A stretch of 64,000 nt of DNA from Deltaproteobacteria bacterium. Lineage in GTDB: Bacteria > Desulfobacterota > Desulfobacteria > Desulfobacterales > GCA-2748835. Under the pieces are notes generated by a model that was not told the DNA's origin, made no database searches, and saw nothing but the letters and a program-made list of their open reading frames with translations. Location of the stretch: contig PDTL01000013.1 in assembly GCA_002748835.1 (NCBI GenBank), positions 26,576 to 90,575 of the forward strand, in the 5' to 3' direction. Made by a program: the position numbers and the translations under genes. This document shows, in pieces, positions 1 to 8,852 of this stretch (positions are counted from its first letter, which is position 1; each line of letters begins with the position of its first letter).

Positions 1-1000
1 ACGTCAGGGTATTGTTGAGCGAATACGCAACCGTGAGAGATTGCGTATCTATCGTCATCTCTTGGGAACCTTTGAGATCTGAAGCAATTTGACGATACCC
101 GGGTTGGGGGATACGAAAAAGCGTTGCGCCGTTTTTGGAAAGGTTCATTTTATATCCGTCGATTTTTTCGGATAAAAGAGCGGCCAGCAGTGTTATATCA
201 AGTTGATCACTGGGGTTCCAGCGCAGTTTGGCCCGGCCGTATGAAGTATCCTTTTCATGCCCTGTACCACCAGCGGTTGCATACCCGGTAAAGCCATCTT
301 TATGCGTGTACAGGCCTGCAAGTCCCACAAAGAGCTTGTCAGCCACGACCGGTCCTGAAAGGCTGAACTGCCCGCCGCCAGCCAATTTGTCTCCTGATTC
401 AGCAGACAGAAGACTGCCGCCTTCCACTGCCACCTTTCCCCTGAATTGGTTATCGGGTTTTTGGGTGATAATATTAATGGCACCGGTTTCCGTATTCTTA
501 CCGTATAAGGTTCCCTGGGGGCCGCGCAAAATCTCGATACGTTCAATATCAAGGAGTGCCGTTGTATACCCAAAGGCACCCAGCGCAGGGACACCGTCAA
601 TATACATGCCCATGGATGTGGTAAACCAGGAAAAGGACGGTGCTGAAAGTCCCCGGCTTGTGATATTGTTAAAGCCGCCCATCCCCCAGTCAAATGTGGA
701 GACATTGGGTACAAAATCGACGATGTTCGATAGGGATGCAATTTGTTTGTCTTCCAAGTCCATCTGGCGCAGCACTGTAATGCTGAAAGGGATATCCTGA
801 CTATTTTCTTCCTGTTTATTGGCAGAGACGATGATGGTATCAAGCGCAATTGCCTCGCGTGCACGTTCTGTTTGGACATCCTTTTTCTTGGAAACCGTAT
901 CAGAGGATCCTTGTTTTGCCATTGAAGATGTTGCAAAAATAAAAAAAGACACCACTAGCACGGTGAATCTGACCGCTGTAGACAGTTTCTTTTCTCTCAT
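1..1000 (-). CDS. TonB-dependent outer-membrane receptor, N-terminal 333 codons (gene continues beyond window start)
   Basis: Absent from the ORF track because it has no stop in the window. Manual minus-strand translation from ATG 1000..998 (AGGAG 8 nt upstream) stays open to position 1. It gives MREKKLSTAVRFTVLVVSFFIFATSSMA (signal peptide), then DTIIVSANKQEENSQDIPFSITVL, then IERIEILRGPQGTLYGKNTETGAINIITQKP, the classic plug-domain signature. Track ORFs 193..936(-) and 228..800(+) are other frames of this gene. Confidence 0.85.
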   Translation of the reverse strand, partial: MREKKLSTAVRFTVLVVSFFIFATSSMAKQGSSDTVSKKKDVQTERAREAIALDTIIVSANKQEENSQDIPFSITVLRQMDLEDKQIASLSNIVDFVPNVSTFDWGMGGFNNITSRGLSAPSFSWFTTSMGMYIDGVPALGAFGYTTALLDIERIEILRGPQGTLYGKNTETGAINIITQKPDNQFRGKVAVEGGSLLSAESGDKLAGGGQFSLSGPVVADKLFVGLAGLYTHKDGFTGYATAGGTGHEKDTSYGRAKLRWNPSDQLDITLLAALLSEKIDGYKMNLSKNGATLFRIPQPGYRQIASDLKGSQEMTIDTQSLTVAYSLNNTLT

Positions 1001-1149
1001 TTAACCGTCTCCTTTTTTAACAATGAATGGAATGGATCATTCGCAGCACTGTTCTGGGAAAATAGTACCTGGGCCGCTTTTTCAAAGGGGGAAACAAATT
1101 GCTTTACAACCAAACACTGCGTACTTATAAAAAGGAAGAAGACCCCGTC

Positions 1150-1192
1150 TCAACCCCGAGTGGGAAATCTTCAACCCCAACCGGGAAAATCT
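1150..1192. repeat. Tandem direct repeat (21 + 22 bp) in the divergent TonB-receptor/AraC promoter region; candidate AraC-type operator
   Basis: TCAACCCCGAGTGGGAAATCT (1150-1170) is followed directly by TCAACCCCAACCGGGAAAATCT (1171-1192). The blocks TCAACCCC, GGGAAA and TCT are shared. The repeat lies 39 nt upstream of the AraC ATG. Confidence 0.45.
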
Positions 1193-1230
1193 TGTAGCTT
1201 GCTGAAGTAAAAGGAAAATATTATAAAAAG

Positions 1231-2247
1231 ATGAATGACGCTTTTGCGTATTATGAAAAAGAGGGCATGCGGCTTGGTTTTTTGGGGTGTGAAGACCCTG
1301 CTCCGTCCCCTTTTCTTCGTGAAACACGCTTTGAAGTGAACCCGGAGAAGGGAATGGGATGGGGCAAGATGCTCCAGATTAACAGTGGGCTCTATGTGGG
1401 GCTGTCTAATTTTCAACTAAAAGGGCGTCCAGAAACCTTTCATTACCGGTTAATGGCTCCCACGCAGTTCAATATCCTGCTTTCCGGGCATTTTGATTTA
1501 CAGCTTCCGGGGGCGTCACGGCAGACCCTCGGCCCCGGTGCGGTCTGGTTTGGTCATAGCCACCAGGAAGAAATGGTGTACAGTCAGTTCCATGACGATA
1601 CCATCCGCGGGGTTTCCATTGGCCTGCCTGCGCAGTTTGTTGAAACCTGGCTGGGGAATTCCGGAGACGAGACAACGCGGGGATTGGAACGGCTGATTTT
1701 CGGTAAATCAGGTGCCAGCACCGCAAAACGCCACAACTTTTCGCCTTTGGCAGAAGGCATGCTTTCGTCAGCCAGCCTGATGCAAACCGCCAGAAAACTG
1801 ATTCAGGCAGAACATCAGACCCTTTTCGGAAAACTCCATTTTGAATCCCTGGCCCTGGAGCTGTTGGCACAGCTGTTGACGCTGGAAACGGGTCAGAAAA
1901 CTGCCCCGGCAGACGGGTCCTGTAAGCATAAACAAGCCGTTGAGATGGCCGTGGATATTTTGCGTCAGGAATGGGCCTGTCCACCCACCACCTCCTCTCT
2001 GGCAAGGCGGGTGGGGACCAACGCGTGCTATCTGAAAAAGGGCTTTCGCAGCCAGACCGGAAGGTCTATTGGCCAGTATATCCGTGAACTGCGGATGGGC
2101 CGGGCCTTGGAACTGCTGGCCACAGACAGATACTCAATTCTTGAAATTGCCCATGCTGTGGGCTATTCCAATCCAAGCCAATTCAGTGCCGCGTTCAAGC
2201 GGTTTTACGGCAAGACCCCTTCCTTTTATCTCGCTGAAGTGCCATGA
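1231..2247 (+). CDS. AraC/XylS-family transcriptional regulator
   Basis: 338-aa ORF. The C-terminal double HTH is typical of AraC: SSLARRVGTNACYLKKGFRSQTG ... ILEIAHAVGYSNPSQFSAAFKRFYGKTPSFY. It is divergent from a TonB-dependent receptor, the arrangement seen for PchR/YbtA-type regulators. Confidence 0.85.
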   Translation: MNDAFAYYEKEGMRLGFLGCEDPAPSPFLRETRFEVNPEKGMGWGKMLQINSGLYVGLSNFQLKGRPETFHYRLMAPTQFNILLSGHFDLQLPGASRQTLGPGAVWFGHSHQEEMVYSQFHDDTIRGVSIGLPAQFVETWLGNSGDETTRGLERLIFGKSGASTAKRHNFSPLAEGMLSSASLMQTARKLIQAEHQTLFGKLHFESLALELLAQLLTLETGQKTAPADGSCKHKQAVEMAVDILRQEWACPPTTSSLARRVGTNACYLKKGFRSQTGRSIGQYIRELRMGRALELLATDRYSILEIAHAVGYSNPSQFSAAFKRFYGKTPSFYLAEVP

Positions 2248-2383
2248 GTGCCCCTTTTTATCCAGTCTGTATTCTCAGAAGGGATGAAACGGTGAAACGG
2301 CTTATCGCTTACGTCCTTACCCTCTGAAATCTTGATGCAAATCGCCCCATCCCTTCTGAGATCGCTTCAGCATCAGCCCCCAC

Positions 2384-3964
2384 CTATTCGTAGAGCTTGA
2401 TGCTTTCACCCCGGCGCGGAACCATGGCGGAGAACCCCCTGGCCTTCAGGTGCTCGGCAAACTGAAGGGACTGGTCTTCTTCACCGTGAACCACGGCAAT
2501 GCGTTTGATCCTGAGGTTTCCCTCCTTGAGAAAACGGGTCATTTCTTCCTGGTCCGCATGTGCGCTGAAGCCGGAGAGTTTGACCACCCGGGCATTCAAC
2601 GGGTAGTACTTACCTAAGATTTTCAGCTCGGGCGGCGCACCGCTGCGACCGGACTGCGCGTATGCCAGGCCCTGATCCAGGATGCGCCGGCCCAGGGTAT
2701 GCTGGGCCATGTACCCGACAAGCAGAATCGTGTTTTTGGGATTGTGAATCTTCCAGCGCAGGTGGTGAAGGATGCGACCGGCTTCACACATTCCGGAAGA
2801 GGAAATCACGATGTGGGGCCGGGTTTCCCGCATAATATTCATGGAGTCTTCGACGCTTTCAGTATACTGGATCTCCTTGAACGAGAACGGATTCTTTCCC
2901 TGTTCGAGAAAGGTTTTGTGGGTTTCCCGATCATAGACCTCCGGGTGCTCACCATAGACCTTGGTGAGTTTTGCGCCCAGGGGCGTGTCCACATAAACCG
3001 GCACCCGGGGAACATCGCCGGCCGCATAGAGTTCGTGAAGCACGTAAATCACATCCTGGGTCCGGCCATAGGCAAAGGCTGGAATCAGAACCGACCCGCC
3101 CTTGCTGACTGTTTCGGTGACCACGTTTTTCAGGCGCGCTTTCAAATCATCCACGGTTTCATGATTCCGGCCGCCGTAGGTGCTTTCCATGATCATGAGA
3201 TCGATATCCCGGGCATCTTCCGGAAACTGGAGGGTGGGGTTTTTCAGGATGGGCCGGTCAAAGCGGCCGATGTCTCCGGTGTAGCACACATTACACTGCC
3301 GGCCTTTTTCACGGAACTGAATCAGGCACATGGCAGACCCCAGAATATGACCGGCATCAAAAAAGGTCACGGTCATGCTTTTCCCGATGGTCACGGGCTC
3401 ACCGTAGGGATACCCGTCAAAAAAGGTTAACGCCTTTTGGGCCTCATCCTGAGTGTAGAGGGGTTCTGCTGTTTGCAGATGGTGTTCTTTGAGCAGCTGC
3501 CCGATGACGATTTTATCCAGCGCATGCCGGTTTTTTTTCAGCAGTTTCTTGATGTCACTTTTTTCCCGATGGGTGATTCCCTGTTTTGCGCTTTCCGTGA
3601 GCTTGTACAAATGGCTGCGCAAGGTTTTGTAATTGAGGTAATCGGCATCCGACTCCTGAATGTGGGCGGAATCCATGAGCAGATACCGGCAGGCATCCAT
3701 GGTGGTGCGGGTGGTGATCACCCGGCCGGTGAAACCGTCCCGGGTGAGCAGGGGGATACGGCCGGAATGATCGATATGGGCATGGGACAGCACCATGTTG
3801 GTCACCACCCGGGGATCGATGGGAAAGGTGTTGTTTTTCAGATGGCATTCCTTCTGTCGTCCCTGAAACAGGCCGCAGTCCAGCAATATGTTGTTTTTAT
3901 TAGCGGAAAAGAGATGCATGGATCCGGTGACTTCTCTGACAGCTCCGTAAAATGTAACGATCAT
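2384..3964 (-). CDS. MBL-fold metallo-hydrolase of the beta-CASP (CPSF/RNase J-like) type
   Basis: 526 aa. It has the HxHxDH motif (LSHAHIDHSGRIP), a beta-CASP segment (GDIGRF ... MESTYGGRNH) and the C-terminal SGFSAHADQEEM motif. An AAGGAA RBS precedes the start. Confidence 0.8.
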   Translation of the reverse strand: MIVTFYGAVREVTGSMHLFSANKNNILLDCGLFQGRQKECHLKNNTFPIDPRVVTNMVLSHAHIDHSGRIPLLTRDGFTGRVITTRTTMDACRYLLMDSAHIQESDADYLNYKTLRSHLYKLTESAKQGITHREKSDIKKLLKKNRHALDKIVIGQLLKEHHLQTAEPLYTQDEAQKALTFFDGYPYGEPVTIGKSMTVTFFDAGHILGSAMCLIQFREKGRQCNVCYTGDIGRFDRPILKNPTLQFPEDARDIDLMIMESTYGGRNHETVDDLKARLKNVVTETVSKGGSVLIPAFAYGRTQDVIYVLHELYAAGDVPRVPVYVDTPLGAKLTKVYGEHPEVYDRETHKTFLEQGKNPFSFKEIQYTESVEDSMNIMRETRPHIVISSSGMCEAGRILHHLRWKIHNPKNTILLVGYMAQHTLGRRILDQGLAYAQSGRSGAPPELKILGKYYPLNARVVKLSGFSAHADQEEMTRFLKEGNLRIKRIAVVHGEEDQSLQFAEHLKARGFSAMVPRRGESIKLYE

Positions 3965-4092
3965 GAGGCGTTCCTTGGTACGGGTTGTAAGGCAACAGGT
4001 ACCGTATGTATCCGGTACCGACGGTTGTATAAACAGTGTAGCCGGGAAATGGCGACGTGGGCAAGAAAAGAAAGCGTTTCTTTAGCCGCTTG

Positions 4093-5223
4093 TCAGCTTT
4101 CATAAGACTTCAAGGCGTCTTCCATGCGCTGTATGGCGTCTCTTTCCGCATTGGCTTCCTGAATGATCTGCCAGCGGCAGGTCATGGAAGACGGGACGAT
4201 CTGATAGGCGGTGTCCATGGTTTCGATTGAACGTTTGAGACAGGTGCTGCAGAGACCGCCGGACCGTTCTTTCTGTTTACGGAATGCGGTGTACGGCCTT
4301 TGCTTCCAGATTGCCTGAAAATGTTTCGCCTGGATCGTTCCCCAGCGGATGTGCTTGTTTGGCACCGAACGGCCATGGGCAAAGCGAGGCACCGGTCCGG
4401 TGACGGGCAGGGTTGCCATGACACAGGGTGCCACGGTGCCGTCAGCGCCGATCACTGCGGATTTTTCGATGTTTTCCGCACAGTGGTTAAAGAGCATGAA
4501 CGGGGATACCAGATGAAACCGCAGCACATCTTGCAGACCGTTACTGGCGCGCAGGGTATAGAGCCGTCGTTTTAGATCATCCCAGTCTTCGAGGGTGTCT
4601 GCCAGACAGGCTTCTTTCTGAAGTTCCGGGCGCGCCACAAGAGACAGGGAGCTGAGCACCACCTGATCCACATTCAGCTGCTGCCAGAAGGCCGGATAGG
4701 CTTCTATAAGGGGCAGGCTGGAGCGCAGCAGCATCTGGGCGATATGGATGTGAGGAAACGCGGTGTGCCTAGCTGCTTTGCGTTTCTGAAAGGTGTCGAT
4801 ACAGTGGATGACCTGTTTTAAAGCGGTACCCTGGCGAATGGCGTCGTTTTCTTCGCTGCTGCAGCCGGCAATGGAAAAGGCAATCATGTCAAGGCCCATA
4901 TCCACCAGTGCTTCAATGGTGTCGTCATCGAGCAGCATGCCGCTGGTGGTGGTGCCGACCCTGAATCCTTTTGACTTCAGGGTGTGGATGATGGACAGCA
5001 GCTGCGGATGGGTAAAGGGTTCTCCCCAGCCCTGAAGGTGGATGTATGTTTTGGGATGAAGAAACGGTAGAATGGCGCCTATCTGTTCCGGTGAAAGGAG
5101 CTTGTTTTCCCAGACTACCGCATATGCGGTCTGCGGGCAGTAGACGCAGGCGTTATTACACAGTGAGCTGACTTCGATCTGCAGCCAGTCAAGCCGGGTG
5201 CGTTGCCAGGGTAAGTGCCACAT
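4093..5223 (-). CDS. Radical SAM enzyme with SPASM/twitch-like C-terminal Cys cluster
   Basis: CxxxCxxC motif at IEVSSLCNNACVYCPQ. The C-terminal part has GADGTVAPCVMA ... GGLCSTCLK. I place the start at ATG 5223 (MWHLPWQ) because GGAGGA lies just upstream. The 74 extra codons in the track ORF (to 5445) are basic, low-complexity and lack an RBS. Confidence 0.75.
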   Translation of the reverse strand: MWHLPWQRTRLDWLQIEVSSLCNNACVYCPQTAYAVVWENKLLSPEQIGAILPFLHPKTYIHLQGWGEPFTHPQLLSIIHTLKSKGFRVGTTTSGMLLDDDTIEALVDMGLDMIAFSIAGCSSEENDAIRQGTALKQVIHCIDTFQKRKAARHTAFPHIHIAQMLLRSSLPLIEAYPAFWQQLNVDQVVLSSLSLVARPELQKEACLADTLEDWDDLKRRLYTLRASNGLQDVLRFHLVSPFMLFNHCAENIEKSAVIGADGTVAPCVMATLPVTGPVPRFAHGRSVPNKHIRWGTIQAKHFQAIWKQRPYTAFRKQKERSGGLCSTCLKRSIETMDTAYQIVPSSMTCRWQIIQEANAERDAIQRMEDALKSYES

Positions 5224-5663
5224 AAGACGTCCTCCTTCTCGGGGCCTTGCGGAACCATACATCAAGTGTAGACGCATTCCCGTGCAGATGCCAGCTGTTT
5301 TAAATCCGGTAAAATTGTTTTTCCGCGACCGGCCATTGGACAGTATCCGATAAAGCGCATTTTGACACAGGTTCCGTAACCTGATAACGAAGATGAAACG
5401 TCCGCGGATACGGGTGCCTAACGTGGCGAATATCTGCTGCCGCATAATCCATTAATTCGTGCCGGGCGTGATCGGCACATTTTCCTATGAAAGCATCAGG
5501 TGATGATAAAACGTTTATCGGATATGGAGCAGGCCCGGGGCATGGTTACCAGGCGCGTCTCAATGCGCTCTGGGAAGCCAGGGACCGACAGATCTGCACT
5601 ATGCTGGAACCGCGCCGGGAGACTGTGCGCCGGCCTCAGGGGTGGTGTGTGTAATGACCTTTA

Positions 5664-6776
5664 ATGACAACAGGAAAAAACATGAAAAAGATTAAACGGA
5701 TTCTCATGTGGTATTTCATTCCATTGCTCGGGGTGGTAGCGGTCCTTGCCGTTTACGGCCATTTTAACCCGGAAAAGGTGTTCAACCGGGTCCGGGATGT
5801 GGAACGTGCTGCGGCAAAGCTCACGGAAAAGACCGTGACGGTGAATGGGCTTGACTACTGTTACCTCGAAGGAGGAGATGGCGAGCCGTTGATTCTGGTG
5901 CACGGATTTGGCGCTGACAAGGACCACTGGACCCGTGTGGCCCGGTACCTGACCCGCCATTATCGGGTGATCGCACCAGATCTTCCCGGTTTCGGAGACA
6001 GCACCCAGCGGATTGATCTGGATTATTCCTATGCAGCCCAGGCTCGGCGTCTGCATGATTTCGTGTCCGCATTGGATCTGCCGGCGGTCCATATGGGAGG
6101 CAGTTCCATGGGTGGTGGGGTTGCCGGCGCATATGCGACCCTGTTTCCGGAAGCGGTGAAAAGCCTGTGGCTGGTGGCACCCGGCAATGTGGTGTCGCCG
6201 GAGGACAGTGACTTTTTTACGGTACTGAAGTCCGGTGCGGACAACCCCCTGATTCCGGATTCGCCGGAAACCCTTGCGACGACCCTTGACTATCTGTTTC
6301 ATAAAAAACCGTTCATGCCGCCGGCCATCGTGGGCATGCTCTCAGAACAGGCGGCTGCTGAAAAGGGGATCAGAGAAATCATCTTTCATGCCCTGATTCA
6401 GGAAAAAGAGATCCTCAATACCCAGCTCGGCGAAAGTGAAATTCCCACGCTGGTGTTATGGGGTGAACAGGACCGGGTGATCGACAAGTCCGCTGCGGGT
6501 GTGCTGTGCGGGGCGCTGAAAAAGGCCGTCTGTGTCATCCTGAGCCCGGCCGGTCACCTGCCCATGATCGAGCAGCCCAGCGCTTCGGCAAAAGCTTTTT
6601 TGTCCTTTCAGAAACATCCGCCCCAGGAAACAGCAGCAGAGGATGCCCATGAGGACAGTCTAGACGATCACGGGGAGGATACCGCTGTAAAAACAGATGC
6701 ACACGGACCCAGCGATCACGCCGCACCGAAGGATCCGGTTTCGGCGACAGATACCCATGATGCATATGTCCATTGA
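5664..6776 (+). CDS. Alpha/beta-fold hydrolase with N-terminal membrane anchor and His/Asp-rich C-terminal tail
   Basis: HGFGADKDHW oxyanion region, nucleophile elbow GGSSMGG, and a late GHLPMIE histidine motif. An N-terminal TM helix is present (ILMWYFIPLLGVVAVLAVY). The last ~55 aa are acidic and His-rich (EDAHEDSLDDHGED ... DTHDAYVH). The start could also be ATG 5682. Confidence 0.8.
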   Translation: MTTGKNMKKIKRILMWYFIPLLGVVAVLAVYGHFNPEKVFNRVRDVERAAAKLTEKTVTVNGLDYCYLEGGDGEPLILVHGFGADKDHWTRVARYLTRHYRVIAPDLPGFGDSTQRIDLDYSYAAQARRLHDFVSALDLPAVHMGGSSMGGGVAGAYATLFPEAVKSLWLVAPGNVVSPEDSDFFTVLKSGADNPLIPDSPETLATTLDYLFHKKPFMPPAIVGMLSEQAAAEKGIREIIFHALIQEKEILNTQLGESEIPTLVLWGEQDRVIDKSAAGVLCGALKKAVCVILSPAGHLPMIEQPSASAKAFLSFQKHPPQETAAEDAHEDSLDDHGEDTAVKTDAHGPSDHAAPKDPVSATDTHDAYVH

Positions 6777-6970
6777 AGCGTTAAATCCAAATATTACGAC
6801 AGGCTATACCGTGTCCAAAGGGTTATGGTGTCATGCGGTTGATTGACACGGAAGATAGGGTATATGCCAAGCGGTTTGGTGGCGATTTCAGGATTACCTT
6901 TGGTTACGATGCTGAGACGCGGTTACATCTACCGTTTAAAAAATAGACGATACCAGCGTGAATTGATGCG

Positions 6971-7004
6971 CGGCCAGCCGGTGAGACGGCTGGCCGTTTT
7001 TTTT
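6971..7004 (+). terminator. Rho-independent terminator downstream of the hydrolase gene
   Basis: Perfect 10-bp stem CGGCCAGCCG / CGGCTGGCCG, loop GTGAGA, followed by T8 (6997-7004). Confidence 0.75.
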
Positions 7005-7034
7005 GGGGAAAACGATTTTAAAGCCCGTTTTAAA

Positions 7035-7487
7035 CTACTTCAGAACGCCTTCAAGGAGTTGCATTGCCCCTTCTCCGCCCGATGTGTTCACGTAATTTAA
7101 AACAACCGGGACGAATTTCATCAGGGTTTCCTGGTTCATGCCCAGCTGGTTGAAGCTGCCGAGCAAGCTGGTAAGGCCACTGCTGTTTTCGCCTTTTGTG
7201 GACAGGGCGGCCAGACCCGAGGCCGCACCCATGGCACCGGTGAGTTTGGGGGCGGCCGCAAGCAGGGTGCCCATGTCCGGAACGGCACTGGCAACTGTTT
7301 CAAACCCCTCAGGCGCCAGACGTTTTTTTGCCAGTGAAAAAATGGCACCGGCACCGCCTGTGGCCTGTTTTTCCGTTACACCAATGGAATTGGTGAGCAG
7401 GGAGACGAGGGATCCGGTATCTGCAGTTGCGGAAAAGGGCAAACCGGCGATCAGGGTTGCAATCAGAGTTAGGTAAATACGTTTCAT
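7035..7487 (-). CDS. Secreted small protein, DUF2780 (VcgC/VcgE)-like
   Basis: 150 aa with a signal peptide (MKRIYLTLIATLIAGLPFSATA). The mature part is Gly/Ala/Leu-rich with LVSLLTNSIGVTEKQATGGAGAIFSLAKKRL, a pattern I associate with DUF2780. The family call is from memory only. Confidence 0.55.
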   Translation of the reverse strand: MKRIYLTLIATLIAGLPFSATADTGSLVSLLTNSIGVTEKQATGGAGAIFSLAKKRLAPEGFETVASAVPDMGTLLAAAPKLTGAMGAASGLAALSTKGENSSGLTSLLGSFNQLGMNQETLMKFVPVVLNYVNTSGGEGAMQLLEGVLK

Positions 7488-8392
7488 GTTAGCTCCATAT
7501 TCATGTGTTTGTGTTTAGGGTAGAAACCTTTCAGGTCATGTAGATGACCGGCAGGCGACAGTCAACTCAGGATAAATGGTTTTTATCGCTTTTGCAAGGA
7601 TCTGGGCCTGGTGCGGAGGATGGGCGCCGTCCTGCCACCCATTGCTGCAGCAGGTAGCCGGCCAGGATGAGTGGCAGACCGGCACCGGTGGACGGCAGGA
7701 TGGGCTCGTGTACGATGAACCGGAGACAGATTGAACGCCGTTGTCACGGTTGACCAGATGGCCACACTGCTGATATCGTAGGCAAATGCTTGGTACTGAC
7801 AGGTCATGGGGCTTCCTGGTTGATGGGGATCACGCTTGTTCGATTTTATATGTCATAGGTCTTGATCGGCGCCTGAGGTTATGTTTAGGTTTGTCTGCTC
7901 ATCGTATCCATTACCGGCGGTATTGTGAAGGGAAAAAATAATATAGGGAAAGACAAGCCGGTGATGTAGCAAAAGAGAGGAGTCAACAGGAAAACATCCT
8001 GCAGTTATGATGGATGCAGAGAATGCGGCCATCGTATAAAAATGGGTCGAATGCTATGATTTGGAATTGATTAAATAATATAGATGCGGTATAGAGGCAT
8101 AAGTCTCTGATAGATGAAAGTGAGAAAATCCTTGTTTTAAGGGCTGTTTGCGAACTATTTTGTCTTCAGGTAACCGGTTTCCGGTCGTTGAGCCGTGCGC
8201 TGGTAAGGCTTGATTGTTTCTGCATTTATCCGTTTAAATCAATCTTGACCCGTGACCCGTTGTTTTGGATGCGGGAAAGAAACGTGTTAGATTGCTTTTT
8301 TTTTCTTGGTTAGCGGGTGGGGATGGTATAAACGAAAATCAACAATTCGTTTTTTTGTTTGTTAACCGATTGATGATAATGAGGTAAGGTGA

Positions 8393-8785
8393 ATGGAATT
8401 TACCCTGGATTTTAACAAACAGCAGATGGAATCAATCGAGAACGTCCTGTCTGAGGAACTGATAGACCTTGGTGTACAGAGCGTTGTTTTGATTGATATG
8501 GCCGGAAACGTCGTCGTCAATATTGACAATGGCCAGTCCAATCATGATGTCTATTCTCTGGCAGCCCTTTCTGCGGCAAATTTCGGGGCTGTAAACGCGA
8601 TCGCAAACTTGATCGGAGAACAGGAATTTTCTCTGCTGTTTCACAAAGGAGAAAAGGGTAGCATCCATTTCAGTAAAGTGACCGAAGACCTCATTCTCCT
8701 GTCTATTTTCGGTAAGGATGTTTCGCTCGGTTTTCTGAGGCTTAAAGTCGGTGAAGCCATTCAACGGATTCAGGCGTTGATCTAA
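8393..8785 (+). CDS. Roadblock/LC7 (MglB-like) protein
   Basis: 130 aa with a Roadblock pattern: GVQSVVLIDMAGNVVVNID ... SLAALSAANFGAVNAIANLIG ... ILLSIFGKDVSLGFLRLKV. A GAGGTAAGG RBS precedes it and it lies immediately upstream of an MglA-type GTPase. Confidence 0.75.
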   Translation: MEFTLDFNKQQMESIENVLSEELIDLGVQSVVLIDMAGNVVVNIDNGQSNHDVYSLAALSAANFGAVNAIANLIGEQEFSLLFHKGEKGSIHFSKVTEDLILLSIFGKDVSLGFLRLKVGEAIQRIQALI

Positions 8786-8852
8786 AGTTGATTACTGTTC
8801 GCCCATGGTATCGTGGGCGGCATTTGGACGATAGCCGCTAGGGGGATCTGCT

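Noticed and set aside
193-936. Track ORFs 193..936(-) (247 aa) and 228..800(+) (190 aa)
   Set aside because: Both are alternative frames inside the TonB-dependent receptor gene. The third minus-strand frame gives a signal peptide and the plug-domain signature and stays open to the window edge. The listed ORFs translate to Arg/Pro/Ser/Trp-rich sequence with no motifs.
1021-1050. Possible Fur box (AATGAATGGAATGGATCATTC) upstream of the TonB-dependent receptor
   Set aside because: Alignment to GATAATGATAATCATTATC gives too few matches in any register. It is suggestive only because of its AT-rich content.
5224-5445. 74-codon N-terminal extension of the radical SAM ORF
   Set aside because: The extension is basic and low-complexity and has no RBS at 5445. 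GGAGGA sits directly upstream of ATG 5223, and the rSAM domain begins immediately after that Met.
5487-5654. ~55-codon plus-strand ORF in the rSAM/hydrolase intergenic region, considered as a possible RiPP precursor
   Set aside because: It is on the opposite strand to the rSAM, has no Shine-Dalgarno sequence, and has no Cys/Gly/Ser-rich core or leader-like features.
6843-7100. 85-aa plus-strand ORF
   Set aside because: It reads straight through a strong rho-independent terminator (6971-7004) and overlaps the 3' end of the DUF2780 gene. No RBS is present.
8130-8160. Possible sigma54 promoter (GG...GC in AAGGGCTGTTTGCGAA) upstream of the GTPase cluster
   Set aside because: The GG-to-GC spacing is two nt shorter than the TGGCAC-N5-TTGC consensus and the flanking bases do not match.
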